63,340 nt of DNA, filler included, from Octopus bimaculoides (GCF_001194135.2; 5 parts of 5 records of this genome joined end to end with filler, not necessarily neighbours in it); one strand, 5' to 3'. Counted from the whole stretch's first letter, positions 49,170 to 62,346 are shown. Notes: generated by a model from the sequence alone, not told the origin. Translations and numbers: made by a program.

Positions 49170-49625
49170 GTATACACACATACACAAGAGTGTGAGATTA
49201 AGAAGATTGCATCCCAGCCACACGGTTTCGGGTTCAGTCCCACTGCATGCAATATGCATACAAGTATCTGTATGTGCCAGAGAGAGAGAGAGAAAGGGAG
49301 AGAGAGAGAAAGGGAGAAAGGGAGAAAGAGAGAAAGGGTGTGTGTGTGCATGTGCATGCACGTGTATGTGTGTGTGTGCACGTGTGTGCATATCCATCTT
49401 TGTTTTGATGTCACACCAATAATTGTAAACAACGGTGTCCCTGGCTTCCAATCTTCCGTGAAAGACATGCCCAGCAACAGGGAAATATTACCTTACTTCA
49501 AAACAGGTAAGGGTCGACAAGAAGAAGGGCATCTGACTACAGAAGAAGGTACCTCAATCAAATCTATCATCTGACCCATGCAAGGATGAAAAAGTGAACG
49601 TTAAAACTATGATGATGATGATGGT
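49170..49625 (+). mobile_element. SINE family A' (A-type head, microsatellite middle, RTE-like tail ending in (ATG)n)
   Basis: Head CAGCCACACGGTTTCGGGTTCAGTCCCACTGCA; tail GAAGGGCATC...CTGACCCATGCAAGGATGAAAAAGTGAACGTTAAAACTATGATGATG. Confidence 0.75.
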
Positions 49626-50377
49626 GGTGGTGGTGGTGGTGGGAGACATGTGTTTGTGCCTGATTATATGTATGCGTGCTTGTGTAAGTTTGTGTGTGCA
49701 TGTGTGATTATGTGCATGTATGCTTGTGAGTGTGTGTCTGTGTGGCTGGGAGGCTGGGTGTGTATATGTTTACGAAGTGCATGCATATATATGTAAGTAA
49801 ATATACTCTGACAGGCACACATTAGTCCAAAAAGCTTCTAATTACAGTGAAGACTGCTAAAAGTACAACTCTAATTTCCCCTCTTTTACAACAAGCAAGA
49901 ATTACTGTCTGAGAATGTTTCAGATTAGATTCTCTGACAGCAAAAATAATATGGAAAGCAATTATTCCTGCAAACAACAACCGCCACCACCGCCATTTCC
50001 ACCACTGCAACATATAAGCAACTACTATCACCTATACCACAACAATCATATGTTCTGTTACCATAAACAAAACTGATACTAGAATGACAAAGCCGTGTCG
50101 ATACCAAACAAGGACAACGGCCACCACCACCATCATCATCATTGCACTGACCACAACAACCACCACTACCACCACCACCACCACCAGCAACATATAAGCA
50201 ACTGTCACTGCCATCGTTATCGTATGTACTGTCAATTGAAATAAAGCCGAAATAACAAAGCCATGTTGACAATGGACAATGATAATGGACATCATCACTA
50301 CCGTCACCACCTTGTCCACAACAGCCACCAGCATCATTACACTGACCACAACAACCAACACCATCACTTCCACCATT

Positions 50378-50600
50378 ACCTTTTATTGTGCCAGGAGTAT
50401 GGGTGGCAGTTAGGTGACACTGGCATGAGCCACGACTATGATTTGACTTGGCTTGACGTGTCTTCTCAAGCATGGCATGGCACCAAAGATCTTGGTCGCT
50501 TGTCATTGCCACCATGGGGCCCAACGTTCGAAGGCCACACTTCACTACCTCATCCCATGTCTTCCTAGGTCTACCTCTTCCACAGGTTCCCTCCACAGTT
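50378..50600 (-). pseudogene. RTE LINE ORF C-terminus plus start of 3' UTR
   Basis: EGTCGRGRPRKTWDEVVKCGLRTLG...MTSDQDLW is the typical RTE terminal motif GRGRPRKTW. Confidence 0.85.
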
Positions 50601-50788
50601 AGAGACCCACCAACACTATATATGCCACCACTGCTACCACCACCACCACCACCACCATGTCAGTATGTATGTTACAACTACCACTGCCACCACCAAAGTA
50701 AAGTCTATATTTTGGTGGCATTCTACCAATACCACCACAATGACAATGGCTGTTAGTTCCGCTACTACTAAGACCACTACAACTACTA

Positions 50789-51103
50789 CTACTGGTACTT
50801 TGTCGGTTACAATGACAAGTGCTCCAGTTGATCCGATCAACGGAACAGCCTGCTCATGAAATTAACGTGCAAGTGGCTGAGTACTCCACAGATACACATG
50901 CCCTTAATGTAGTTTTCAGGAAGATTTAGCATGACAAGGATGGCCCCTTTGAAATACAGGTACTACTCATTTTCGCCAGCTGAGTAGACTGGAGCAATGT
51001 GAAATAAAGTGTCTTGCTCAAGGACACAATGTGCCATCAGGAATTGAACTCATGACCTTACGATTGTAAGCCGAACACCCTAACCACCAAGCCATGCACT
51101 TGC
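50789..51103 (-). mobile_element. SINE family B, tail B1
   Basis: GTTGATCCGATCAACGGAACAGCCTGCTCATGAAATTAACGTGCAAGTGGC is the reverse complement of 4300-4365. B box on the minus strand GAGTTCAATTCC. Confidence 0.88.
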
Positions 51104-51732
51104 ACTACTACTATAAAGATCTACAATATTCACCACCACAACTATCTCCAGTACTACTACCACCCTCACCACCACCACCACTAAAAACAAATGCTTACAC
51201 TACTGCTACCATGATGACCATCACTACCAAATCCTGATAGCATAATCAGTGGTATAATCATTATAGCCATCATCATTATCATTAGCATCATAACCATCAC
51301 CACTACTATCACCACCACCACCACCACCACCACACCACCACACCATCACCATCATAATCATCATCATCATCATTATCTATTTTTTTTCTTTTTACTTTAT
51401 TTATCTCAACCATTAGGCAGCAGCCATGCTGGGGCAACCACTTAATTCAATCATTATCACCATTACTACCATTATCATTGTCGTCGTCATCGTCATCAAT
51501 AACAAGCACCTCAATCACCACCACCGCCGCCACCACCACCAGAACCATCAACTATAACCATCAACATAACCGCACCTACTGTAACCATCACAATTCTCAA
51601 AAACCATCACTGCTATCATCATCATCATCATCATTATCAACAACCACTTCCACCATCACAGCCATTACTATCACCATTATTTTGACAATGATCATAACAC
51701 ACACCCACCACTACTACAACCACCGCCAACAA

Positions 51733-51768
<36 letters not shown>

Positions 51769-51949
51769 AACAACAACAACTACTACTACTACTTCTACTA
51801 CTACTACTACACCCCTGTTATAAATGCTTACAATGATGAATAAATTGTGGAGATATCTAGAGGGCATTTATTATGGTTTCATGTGTTTGAATTGATTTCT
51901 GCTATTAAAGTTTCTATGCAACTATATATAAATGCACACATCATCATCA

Positions 51950-52075
51950 TCATCATCATCATCATCATATTCAATTTAATGTCCGTTTTTCATGCTGGCA
52001 TGGGTTGGATGGTTTGACAAAAGCCGGTAAGCCATGGCGCAGCCTCTTGCTCCAAAGTCTGCTTTGGTATGGTTT
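51950..52075 (-). mobile_element. RTE LINE extreme 3' end
   Basis: (CAT)n-TTTAATGTCCGTTTTTCATGCTGGCATGGGTTGGATGGTTTGAC, same as 44870-44930. Confidence 0.7.
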
Positions 52076-52806
52076 CTATATATATATATATATATATATG
52101 AAATGCTATGAAAGTGTACGTGTGTAGGTGTATGTGTAATATATTACATATATAAAAAAATTATTACATGTGTGTGTGTGTATCTGTCTGTCTCTGTGTG
52201 TGCGTGCATGTGTGTATTTATGAGTTTTATATCTTTTGTATTGGAAGTGTATTTATATCTTTCAGACAGCCCAAACTGATTAATGACCTGAGCTGACCTC
52301 CTGCTATCAGTTTGGTCGGTGTTCTTCCCCTTTTATTTTTCTTCTTTTCTTTTTCATAGTTTTTACAAGTTTTATCCCCCCCCCCTCTCTCTCTCTCTTT
52401 TTCAGTGATCGCACATTTATGGGTTTTTTTCCGAGTAGTGAGGTTTTATTCGGTCTTCCTTGATATGTTTTGTCTGTCCCCTGCTATTCTATATGACATG
52501 CGAGGTTGTTGGTTATTTACATTATAGGGGAAAAGTGTATACATCTACACCTTTAACAACATTGCATTGTGTTGTGTTCATTGCAGGACACTGATGAGGT
52601 AATGTATGATTGCATACTGCTTCTGCAATTGTTATCTAATAATTTCAGCATTTTGCTGAAACATGTATATGTCCTATAAAGTTCTGAATACCACACACGT
52701 TTTCTGCGTATTATTTTTTTCTAATATTACATTATATAGTTGCAGACATGACAGATAGATCAATTGACTAAAAGACAAATACTGACTCAGTATTAATTAT
52801 TTAAAA

Positions 52807-53203
52807 CAGTGGTTCTCAACCAGAGTCCATTTGGGCCGTGAGGGTCCATATAAGATTTCTGGGGTTCAATGCAACAAAATAGTAAATTGGGGATCCACAA
52901 TACTATTTTAAGAGCCCCTAAAAATATTTTGCTTTAGATGTATGTATTGGTATGTACTGCAAGAAATAGCTAGGTTTCTTTCTCTAATTTTACACAGTTC
53001 AACCTACACAAGATAATGTGTGAAAAACAAAAGAGGAATTTTGAAAGGAGTTTCTATAAAACTAGTTTCTAAATATCGAATGGCCACAGGGTCCACCAGG
53101 ATGAAATAGTAATCAAAGGAGTCCATAATGGTGTTTTAAGGGTCTCTGAATAAAATAGCAATCGAAGGGGGTTCCATAGGTAAAAAATGGTTAAGAACCT
53201 CTG
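52807..53203. mobile_element. Complete hAT (Buster/Charlie-type) MITE, 397 bp
   Basis: TIRs CAGTGGTTCTCAACC / GGTTAAGAACCTCTG; perfect 8-bp TSD ATTTAAAA (52799-52806 and 53204-53211), fitting nnnTAnnn. Confidence 0.93.
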
Positions 53204-53460
53204 ATTTAAAACAATCTGATTTGGATGTATGCAAAATCAAGTTCACAGGCTCCTAACAGGAACCAAGCTCATTCAGGCTCAAAATGAGCTTGAATAAGCT
53301 AGGCTTCGGTTAGAAGCCTGTGAAACTTTAACTCACCAGGAGTCGTTTCTGCTACAAGATGCAGTGGACTCATAGTTGAGTGTCTGCATAACACCTTATA
53401 GCTTTATCAGAGCTTTGAACAGGAAGTGCAATTTGGTGTTACAAATGGAAGAAAAACCCA

Positions 53461-53521
<61 letters not shown>

Positions 53522-54398
53522 NNNNNNNNNNNNNNNNNNNNNNNNNNNNNNNNNNNNNNNNNNNNNNNNNNNNNNNNNNNNNNNNNNNNNNNNNNNNNNN
53601 NNNNNNNNNNNNNNNNNNNNNNNNNNNNNNNNNNNNNNNNNNNNNNNNNNNNNNNNNNNNNNNNNNNNNNNNNNNNNNNNNNNNNNNNNNNNNNNNNNNN
53701 NNNNNNNNNNNNNNNNNNNNNNNNNNNNNNNNNNNNNNNNNNNNNNNNNNNNNNNNNNNNNNNNNNNNNNNNNNNNNNNNNNNNNNNNNNNNNNNNNNNN
53801 NNNNNNNNNNNNNNNNNNNNNNNNNNNNNNNNNNNNNNNNNNNNNNNNNNNNNNNNNNNNNNNNNNNNNNNNNNNNNNNNNNNNNNNNNNNNNNNNNNNN
53901 NNNNNNNNNNNNNNNNNNNNNNNNNNNNNNNNNNNNNNNNNNNNNNNNNNNNNNNNNNNNNNNNNNNNNNNNNNNNNNNNNNNNNNNNNNNNNNNNNNNN
54001 NNNNNNNNNNNNNNNNNNNNNNNNNNNNNNNNNNNNNNNNNNNNNNNNNNNNNNNNNNNNNNNNNNNNNNNNNNNNNNNNNNNNNNNNNNNNNNNNNNNN
54101 NNNNNNNNNNNNNNNNNNNNNNNNNNNNNNNNNNNNNNNNNNNNNNNNNNNNNNNNNNNNNNNNNNNNNNNNNNNNNNNNNNNNNNNNNNNNNNNNNNNN
54201 NNNNNNNNNNNNNNNNNNNNNNNNNNNNNNNNNNNNNNNNNNNNNNNNNNNNNNNNNNNNNNNNNNNNNNNNNNNNNNNNNNNNNNNNNNNNNNNNNNNN
54301 NNNNNNNNNNNNNNNNNNNNNNNNNNNNNNNNNNNNNNNNNNNNNNNNNNNNNNNNNNNNNNNNNNNNNNNNNNNNNNNNNNNNNNNNNNGCTAATTG

Positions 54399-54562
54399 AT
54401 TACATCAATTCCAGTGGTCAACTGGCACTTAGTTTATCAAGCCTGAGAGGGTGAAAGGTAAAGGTGACCTCGGCAGAATTTGAACTCAGAATGTGAAAAG
54501 ACAGGTGAAATGCCTTTAAGCACATCGTTTGGTAAGCTAACGATTCTGACAGCTCAAGACCT
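54399..54562 (-). mobile_element. SINE family C copy
   Basis: GATTACATCAA...GGTGACCTCGGCAGAATTTGAACTCAGAA...CTAACGATTCTGACAGCTC. A more degenerate copy lies at about 54670-54790. Confidence 0.85.
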
Positions 54563-55044
54563 TCTACTATCATCATCATCATAAAAAGAAGAAGAAGAAG
54601 GCAGATGAGGGGGGAGACGGGGAGGAGGTGGAGGAGGAGGAGGAGGAGTCCTACTACTTTCCGCTAGAGGCACAGCACAAGGCATGAAATTTCAGTTGAA
54701 GGGGTAAGGCAATTATATCATCAACCCTAGTGCACAAAGAGCACTTATTATTGTACATTGATGCTGAAATGATGATCTACAAATTAATATACGAGACTAA
54801 TCCTCTCCCCAAACAAATTCCCAGCCTTCTGTCAGTAATTTGTAAAGCAGAGGGTCAGTTAATGATAATGACCTCAGCTTTTGAATAGCTCTTTATTTGA
54901 TCAACCTGGGATCTTCAGCTTTAAGTTAATATCTGCTGGGCACCTAATTTCCACAACTGCGCAGTTTCTGGGTGTGTGTGTGTGTGTGTGTGTGTGAATG
55001 TATGAATAAATATATGTATGTATGTATATACATATATATGTATT

Positions 55045-55260
55045 GTGTATATCTGTGTGAGCGTGTGTGTGTCTTTGTCTCTGTCGCCACCACCTCTGCT
55101 TGACAACCAGTGCTGGCAAGTTTGCGTCCCCCCATAAAAGAAGTACAAGGCTTTAAAAAAAAAGCTACAGGGAGTGTCAACTGATTTGATGAGAAATTCA
55201 AGGCAATGCCCCAGTATGGTCGCTGTCTAATGACCGAAACGGGTAAAATAGAAAGAACGA
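55045..55260 (+). mobile_element. SINE family A tail
   Basis: GCTTGACAACCAGTGCTGG...CCCCAGTATGGTCGCTGTCTAATGACCGAAACGGGTAAAA. Confidence 0.7.
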
Positions 55261-55718
55261 AAATAAGAATCAGCTTTTCATTTTCGCTCTTCAATCTCGC
55301 CACCAACGTAATCATAATCTCCGCTTTCGAAAACATATCTTTGAAATATGTCATGAGAACGCTACATTATTAAGACAGACACATGACATATATATGGGAA
55401 ATAGAGAGATGAATATATATAGACACACACACACATATATAAACATATATATAAACACACACATATATACATATACATATACACACATACATATAAATAC
55501 AGACACACATATATACATATATATACGCACATTTATACATATATATAGACACACATATATACATATACATATATACACATACATATAGACACACACACAC
55601 ACATACATATATATACATATATATATATACACATACACATATATATAGACAAATATATACTACACATATATACATATGCACATGCATTCATATATACATA
55701 CACACATACACACACACA

Positions 55719-55754
<36 letters not shown>

Positions 55755-55854
55755 NNNNNNNNNNNNNNNNNNNNNNNNNNNNNNNNNNNNNNNNNNNNTT
55801 AATTAATTAANNNNNNNNNNNNNNNNNNNNNNNNNNNNNNNNNNNNNNNNNNNN
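55755..55854. other. Artificial scaffold-join spacer
   Basis: 44 N + TTAATTAATTAA + 44 N. Confidence 0.95.
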
Positions 55855-55874
55855 ATATTCACACAAGTTTACTT

Positions 55875-56260
55875 CTAGAGGTTTAGTCCTACTGCATGGC
55901 AAGTGTCTTTTACTATAGCCCTGGGCTGACCAAAAGCTTGTGTGTGGATCCGATAGCCAGAAATTGAAAGAATAACACTGCGCGTGCACACACACACACA
56001 CATATGCGTGTGTGTGTGGGGGGGGGTTGAATGTCTCCTTCTTTGACATCATGTGGTCGTAAATGTCACTGTCATACAAGCAGTATCCTTTGCTTCTAAT
56101 CTTCCTTGCAAAGATATCCAATCATGGAAAAATATTACCCTACTTGGAAACAGGAATGGGTTGTGAATAGGAAGGGCATCAAATGATAGAAAATGTGTCT
56201 TAGAAAACTCTGTATGGAAAAGTGAACGTCCAACGATAATGATGGCAATGTTGAAACAAA
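55875..56260 (+). mobile_element. SINE family A' copy
   Basis: AGTCCTACTGCATGGCAAGTGTCTTTTACTATAGCCCTGGGCTGACCAAAAGCTTGTG, a microsatellite, then the tail AGGAAGGGCATC...ATGGAAAAGTGAACGTCCAACGAT. Confidence 0.78.
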
Positions 56261-56375
56261 AACACACACACACTCATGCAAGCATACATACATACATACA
56301 TACATACATACATACATGCATGTTGATGATGATGATTTAGCAGAATTTGAAACCATTATTGTTATCATCTTCCTC

Positions 56376-56379
<4 letters not shown>

Positions 56380-56444
<65 letters not shown>

Positions 56445-56583
56445 GTTATTATTAATCTCAGTTTTTTATTCAATGTTAATTCCTCACTTATTTTTCTTTT
56501 TTATTCTTTCTTTGTATAGTCTCCAATGACTTGGGGGCCTTGTTGAAAATGAAATAAATTATTTAAAGAAAATGTAGTTATTG

Positions 56584-56626
<43 letters not shown>

Positions 56627-56665
56627 GATTATTATTATTATTATTATTTTTCATTATTATTATTA
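56380..56665. repeat. Two (TTA)n tracts
   Basis: About 56380-56445 and 56580-56665. Confidence 0.93.
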
Positions 56666-57975
56666 GAGCTATCATACTTTAATCTGTACTTTTTTTCACT
56701 TTTTTCCTGATAAATCTCGACATTTCTGATTATATGCCACGAAATACTCAGCAATCTGTTCTCTTAAAGATGGTTTATCAAGCAATTTGTCATACGATAA
56801 CAAGAATCAAATTAATTAAAAGTAATATTTTCAATAAACAGGATATGATGGTGTGGAGTTAGATGTGGGGGAGGGGATTAAAGAAATAAAGTTCCCCACC
56901 AAACCACGAACCAACCAGCCAGCCAACCAATAAATTAAACAAATATATAAAAAAAATGAAAAATATATTAAAGTTGATTAATTGAAATTTATATTGTAAT
57001 TTTTTTTCAGAATTTTAATTTTTTTATTTTTCCTTCTCACATAATTATCATCACCACTCCCTCATGTTATTTCTATTTTCTTGTAATCATTCATTCAAAC
57101 ATTTCTTAACCAAAACATGACTTTTTTAAAATGGTCTTGTGTATTTCTGACATCACAACTAACTGAAAATAAATACTCAATCAATCCTAAGACTATTTGT
57201 CATTTAAAAACCACACCTGCTTCTAAATATCTTCAATGATTTCAGATGATTTATTGTTAATAATATTACAATTTTTTGGACTATTAGCCTCTTGTTCAAA
57301 GATGAAAATATTTTGAAATGTATTTATATCTATAGAATGTTCCAATTTGTTCAACCTCTGATCTTTACCAGTTATCTTATTCATGGGTAAATACATAGTC
57401 TCCAGATTGGTTTCCAACTTGGAATATTTATTTTCACACATAAGTAATAAAGACCCTGATTTATGAGGGGCCTCACACATGTAATGCAATGTAATGAAAA
57501 TCTGTTGTCATAAGTCTAAGAATATATTTTTACATCTTCCAATATTGTTGAGGATAAGCTTTAAGGATTCTAAGTCTAATTTAAGGAGGATCTATATAGA
57601 AAAAACATTTTTTCCTATATAGATGTTTTTCTATATATATCATAGTTTCATCATCATCATTGTTGTTGTTATCATCATCGTCATGGTCGTTGTCATTGTC
57701 GTCGTCACCACCACCATCATCATCATTATTTAACATCCATTTTGTATGCTCATACATATACACATAATATGTCAAGTTATTTCACACTGACTAGTTTATT
57801 TGCTTTTGTGATCAAAGGGAACAAAGCTCTAATTTCGTTTCTTTACTTTTTCCATTTTATTCACTCGTTGTCCTCTCATTCCACTTTTGCATTAACCTTC
57901 TTGTTTTTTTCTCATAGTTTCTCATGTACCAATGCTTTTTTTTTTTTTCAAATAGAATAAACCATGTGCTTTGAG

Positions 57976-60390
57976 CAGCATTTCTTAACCAGGGTTCCCT
58001 GGAACCCTAGGGTTCTACAAAAGGTTCCTAGGGGTTCTGAGAGAAAGAGTGATATAAACTAATACTAATTTCCTGATCTTAATATTACTATAAATGTACA
58101 ACATATTATCAGTTATTGTAATATTGTAATAGAGACATCATCCTATATAACCTATTATGTTATCCAAAAAATATAACAACCATTGGGGATATATTTAATG
58201 ATGTCTGTAATTTATGGACACTCGGTATATTTTTCTTTATTTTTACCGAAATACCTAATAGCTCAATGTGGCGGCTTTTGAAGAGGAATCATTCAGTAAA
58301 TTTGGATGAAGCTAGTGATGAAGAGCCATGAGCTCCTGACCAATTCCACTGCACTAGTAGTTCAACAACGGAAAGAAAGAAGTTCTGTCTTTATGATGAA
58401 AGTTACTTATCAATGGGCTTCATGTGGACCGGTGATCCAAGTTCTCCTATTCCATTGTGTGTCGTCTGTGGTAAACAACTTTCAAATACAACAATGTCTT
58501 CAGATAAACTTAAAAGACACATCACAACAATTCATAGTCATATGAAAAGTCGAAGTGCAGATTTTTTAAAAGGCTGTTAGAATCTTAGAAGAAACAGAGT
58601 ACAGCTTTTGTGAGTGAAGTTAGTGTCAGTGAAAAGACTCTTGAAGCAAGTTATTTGGTAGCAGAAATTATTGCACAGAAAAGGAAAAGTCACACAATTG
58701 GTGAGAACGTAATGCTGCCAGCTTGTAAAATTATAGTCAGTAAAATGCTTGAGCAAAATACACTACAAGAAATTGAAAATGTTCCACTTTCAGATACTAC
58801 AGGAAGTCGACGCATTGATGATTTGTCACATGACATTGAAGAGGTTTTGCATGACAAATTGAAAAATAGCAGTTTTTCCATTCAGGTTGATGAGTCAACA
58901 GATCTTACCAATAGTTGTCATGTAGTTTCTGTAAGATTTGTCAATGAGGGTGAAATTTAAGAAAATTTCCTATGCTGCAAGGAACTGCCTGAGACAAGCA
59001 AAGGAATAAATGTAGTTAACATTTTGTCCTCATATCAGGAAACAAGACATCTCTCTTGGAAGGACTGTGTTGGCATTTGTTCTGATGGTGCCCCATCAAT
59101 GGTTGGCTCCATAAAAGGTTTCATTTCTCTTGTAAAACAAGAAAATCTTGATATAATCTCAACACACTGCTTTCTTTACGGAGAAGACTTGGTTTCAAAA
59201 TCACTTGGAGATGAATTGAAAAAAGTTTTTGACAATGCTACAAAAATGGTCAACTTTATTAAACAAAGACCAGTTAACTCCAGAATGTTTAAAAGACTGT
59301 GTGAAAGCCTGGAGAAATAATACATAAATCTACTGTTATATATGGAAATCTGTTGGATGAGTAGAGGAAATGTTTTAAATAAGGTGTTGAGCTGAGAGAT
59401 GAGTTGCCGAAATACTTTCAAGAAACCAATAAGCAAGATTTTGCTAAGATGAAAAATGGCTACAGAGGTTAAGCTACTTATCAGATATTTTTCATCACAT
59501 GAGTCAACTGAACAAGTCACTGCAAAGGCCCCAGAGAAAATATACTAGCTTCAAGAGATACAATTCTTGCATTTAAGAGAAAATTGAATCTGTGGAGAAA
59601 ACATGTAGCAAAAGGAAATTTTGAGATGTTTCTGCTACTTCATGGGCTTAAAAGTGAAAAAGGGATGTCAGAAAATTTTGAGTCTTATTGAATTACACCT
59701 GGTTGAATTATATGTCAGAATTGAAAATTACTTTACTTCCTTTTCAATGCAGGTGATTGGGTGAGGGATCCATACTCTGAATCTCCTAGTCATCCTGAGA
59801 ACCTAACATTAACAGAAGTAGAAGATCATTGTGAGCTGCAATGTGATAATACACTCAAAATAAGATTTACAGACTTATCTTTGGACAAGTTCTGGATTTC
59901 TGTGTAAGAGTATCCTACCATTCATAGAAAAGCAATAAACATTTTGCTGCAGTTTTCATCCTCTTACATGTGTGAGCAAGCCTTTTCTTATTTAACAAAT
60001 ATCAATTGCAAAGACAGAAATCGTCTCCTTTCAATTGAAAATGAAATCCGTGTGTGTTTATCTAGAGTTCAACCTTTAATTAAGTGTTTGTGTAGCAAAG
60101 GACAGTCACAGGTTTCACATTAGAGAAGCACATTTCACTTTATCAAATGGCTTTGAGAATAACATTTCCTTGAATAATTTATTGGTTCACAGTACATTTT
60201 GCTTTGATTTATCTTTTGTCTTTTCAACATTGCCAGTAAAGGATAAATAAATAATAAATTAGTACTCAATTATCTGTTTTCATTCCGTTTACATTTATGC
60301 ATTATAGGTATATGATATTGGTTACTTATGTTAAACTTTTATGCTTAAGTTTAGACATTTTTTGTGTGTGTAAATGGAAACCCTGTGATG
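57976..60390 (+). mobile_element. Decayed autonomous hAT (Buster/Charlie) transposon, right TIR not found
   Basis: Left TIR CAGCATTTCTTAACC followed by the subterminal palindrome AGGGTTCC-CTG-GAACCCT and a full transposase pseudogene. The right boundary is approximate. Confidence 0.85.
58266..60123 (+). pseudogene. hAT Buster-type transposase (ZBED5/FAM200-like)
   Basis: BED finger CVVCG...KLKRH...H; SIQVDESTD; CSDGAPSMVG; THC; CWMSRG; hATC C-terminus ILLQFSSSYMCEQAFS...QSQVSH*. Multiple stops and frameshifts. Confidence 0.93.
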
Positions 60391-60473
60391 AGGCATAAAT
60401 AAGCAGTATGCATCTTATCTAGCATTACCAATAAATTTGACAAACGATATGACTATTTTTCTTAAACCAGTTA

Positions 60474-60509
<36 letters not shown>

Positions 60510-60609
60510 NNNNNNNNNNNNNNNNNNNNNNNNNNNNNNNNNNNNNNNNNNNNTTAATTAATTAANNNNNNNNNNNNNNNNNNNNNNNNNNNNNNNNNNN
60601 NNNNNNNNN
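60510..60609. other. Artificial scaffold-join spacer
   Basis: 44 N + TTAATTAATTAA + 44 N. Confidence 0.95.
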
Positions 60610-61414
60610 GAATATAAGATTGAAACAAAAAAGAAAACGCAAAACAAAATCAATCGTTCTAGCATTGCAAAAAATCCCCCGTCTCTATCTCTATCTATCT
60701 CTATCTATCTAACTATCTATCAATCTCTCTCTCTCTCTCTTTCTACCACCCATTTTCCCCTCTCTTCTCGCCTCCCCTTCTGTCTTTTTCTATCCTCATC
60801 TTTTACTTCACTCTATATCTCCCATATGGTTCTGATGCCTCTTTCTTTTCTTCTTCTGTACCTTGTTCTTATTGTTTTTCATTTCTGTCATCAGCAACTT
60901 CCTGTCTGCTACCAATAGAACAACAAGACTTATGACAGAAACAAGCAGTACAGTCAATGCTAAGATAGATAGTAGACAGTTTTTAGAAATAATTTCAAGC
61001 TTGTTCATTTAGCAAAGATATTAGAGTTGGCAAAATAAGACATAAGGGAATTAATATATTTACTAAATATATTGGTGTACCAAGAATTTTATCTTTTTTA
61101 TTGTTTTTTAATTCTTCTATATTCTTTTACATCTCTGAGAATTGTTGTAGGGTGTAATCAGTAATACGGTGTTCCACCATAAATAACTTTCAACTTGAGA
61201 TCAGATAAAGGCCTACGTGGTTGCTCACTGAACCATTGGCAGCAGTTTAGAACAGCTACTTTGTAAGATCACACCATTCCATGGAATAATCTTTGATGGG
61301 ACATATAAGCAATATTTCATAATGTACTACTTATTTCAAAGGACGGAATATAAAATGTATATTATAATTCTTAGATAAAAGGCGATCGGATTGATTGATA
61401 AAATCAATAGAGCG

Positions 61415-61590
61415 ACAAGAAAATGCCTTGCGGAATTTAGTTGCATCCATTTGTATTCCGAGTTTAAAACTTGCTGAAGTTGACTTTGTTTTTTATCCTT
61501 CGAATATCAATACAATTACTCTCATTCAAGTTTTGAAGCCGATTTGATTGTGTCTTTCCCCTCAAAATTTGCGACCTTGTGCCTATACTA
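61415..61590 (+). mobile_element. SINE family C, old degenerate copy
   Basis: GAAAATGCCTTGCGG...GAGTTTAAAAC...GTTGACTTTG...GACCTTGTGCC. Confidence 0.6.
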
Positions 61591-62096
61591 GATATCAGTA
61601 TTTCTCATATAAGTAAGTATAGTTTATAATGAGTAGGAAAAAGTTATTGTTTTATTTTTAACTTCTACTAAAAATATATAAAACTCGGATCTTTTAGACC
61701 TGTGTAATCTATGGTGTTGTAAAAAAGTGAGGTGAACAATTATTTTACCAGACGTTTAATTTTAATTGATACAGAATAAAACGTTTTATATATTTACACC
61801 CGAGTTGACATAGCCAATCACCTCTAAAAACTCAGAGAACAATGCATTTAATTTTTGAAATGTTTATGTTTGGGCCTGTTGAATAATCCCAACATTGTCT
61901 GTAACCATATGATTGCAGTGCCATGATTATTCAACAAGCACAAATATATTTTCTTTCATATAACAACACAATGTGTATTTTATCCCCTTTAACTATCAAT
62001 TCCCACATAGTTACAATTACCATGCTGCAATAGAACTACATGCAAGTTACATGGTAAGGAATCAACGAAAAGTCTCTGTTCAGAATCTATAGAAGT

Positions 62097-62313
62097 CTCT
62101 TTCTTTTACTCTTTTACTTGTTTCAGTCATTTGACTGTGGCCATGCTGGAGCACCGCCTTTAGTCGAGCAAATCGACCCCAGGACTTATTCTTTGTAAGC
62201 CTAGTATTTATTCTATCGGTCTTTCTTTCAGAACCGCTAAGTTACGGGGGCGTAAACACACCACCATCGGTTGTCATGCGATGTTGTGGGGACAAACAGA
62301 CACACAAACATAT

Positions 62314-62346
<33 letters not shown>

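Larger units (their letters stand above)
49975..51830. repeat. Low-complexity CAC/CAT/TAC/CAA trinucleotide mosaic with embedded retroelement pieces
   Basis: Direct reading. Includes an approximately 175-bp diverged duplication (about 50008-50180 / 50186-50365). Confidence 0.85.

Noticed and set aside
53264-53292. 10-bp hairpin CAAGCTCATT/AATGAGCTTG
   Set aside because: Isolated, with no associated element or context.
9708-55715. Long ORFs of YI/CV/TH/X runs in the ORF track
   Set aside because: They are translations of microsatellites and N gaps, not genes.
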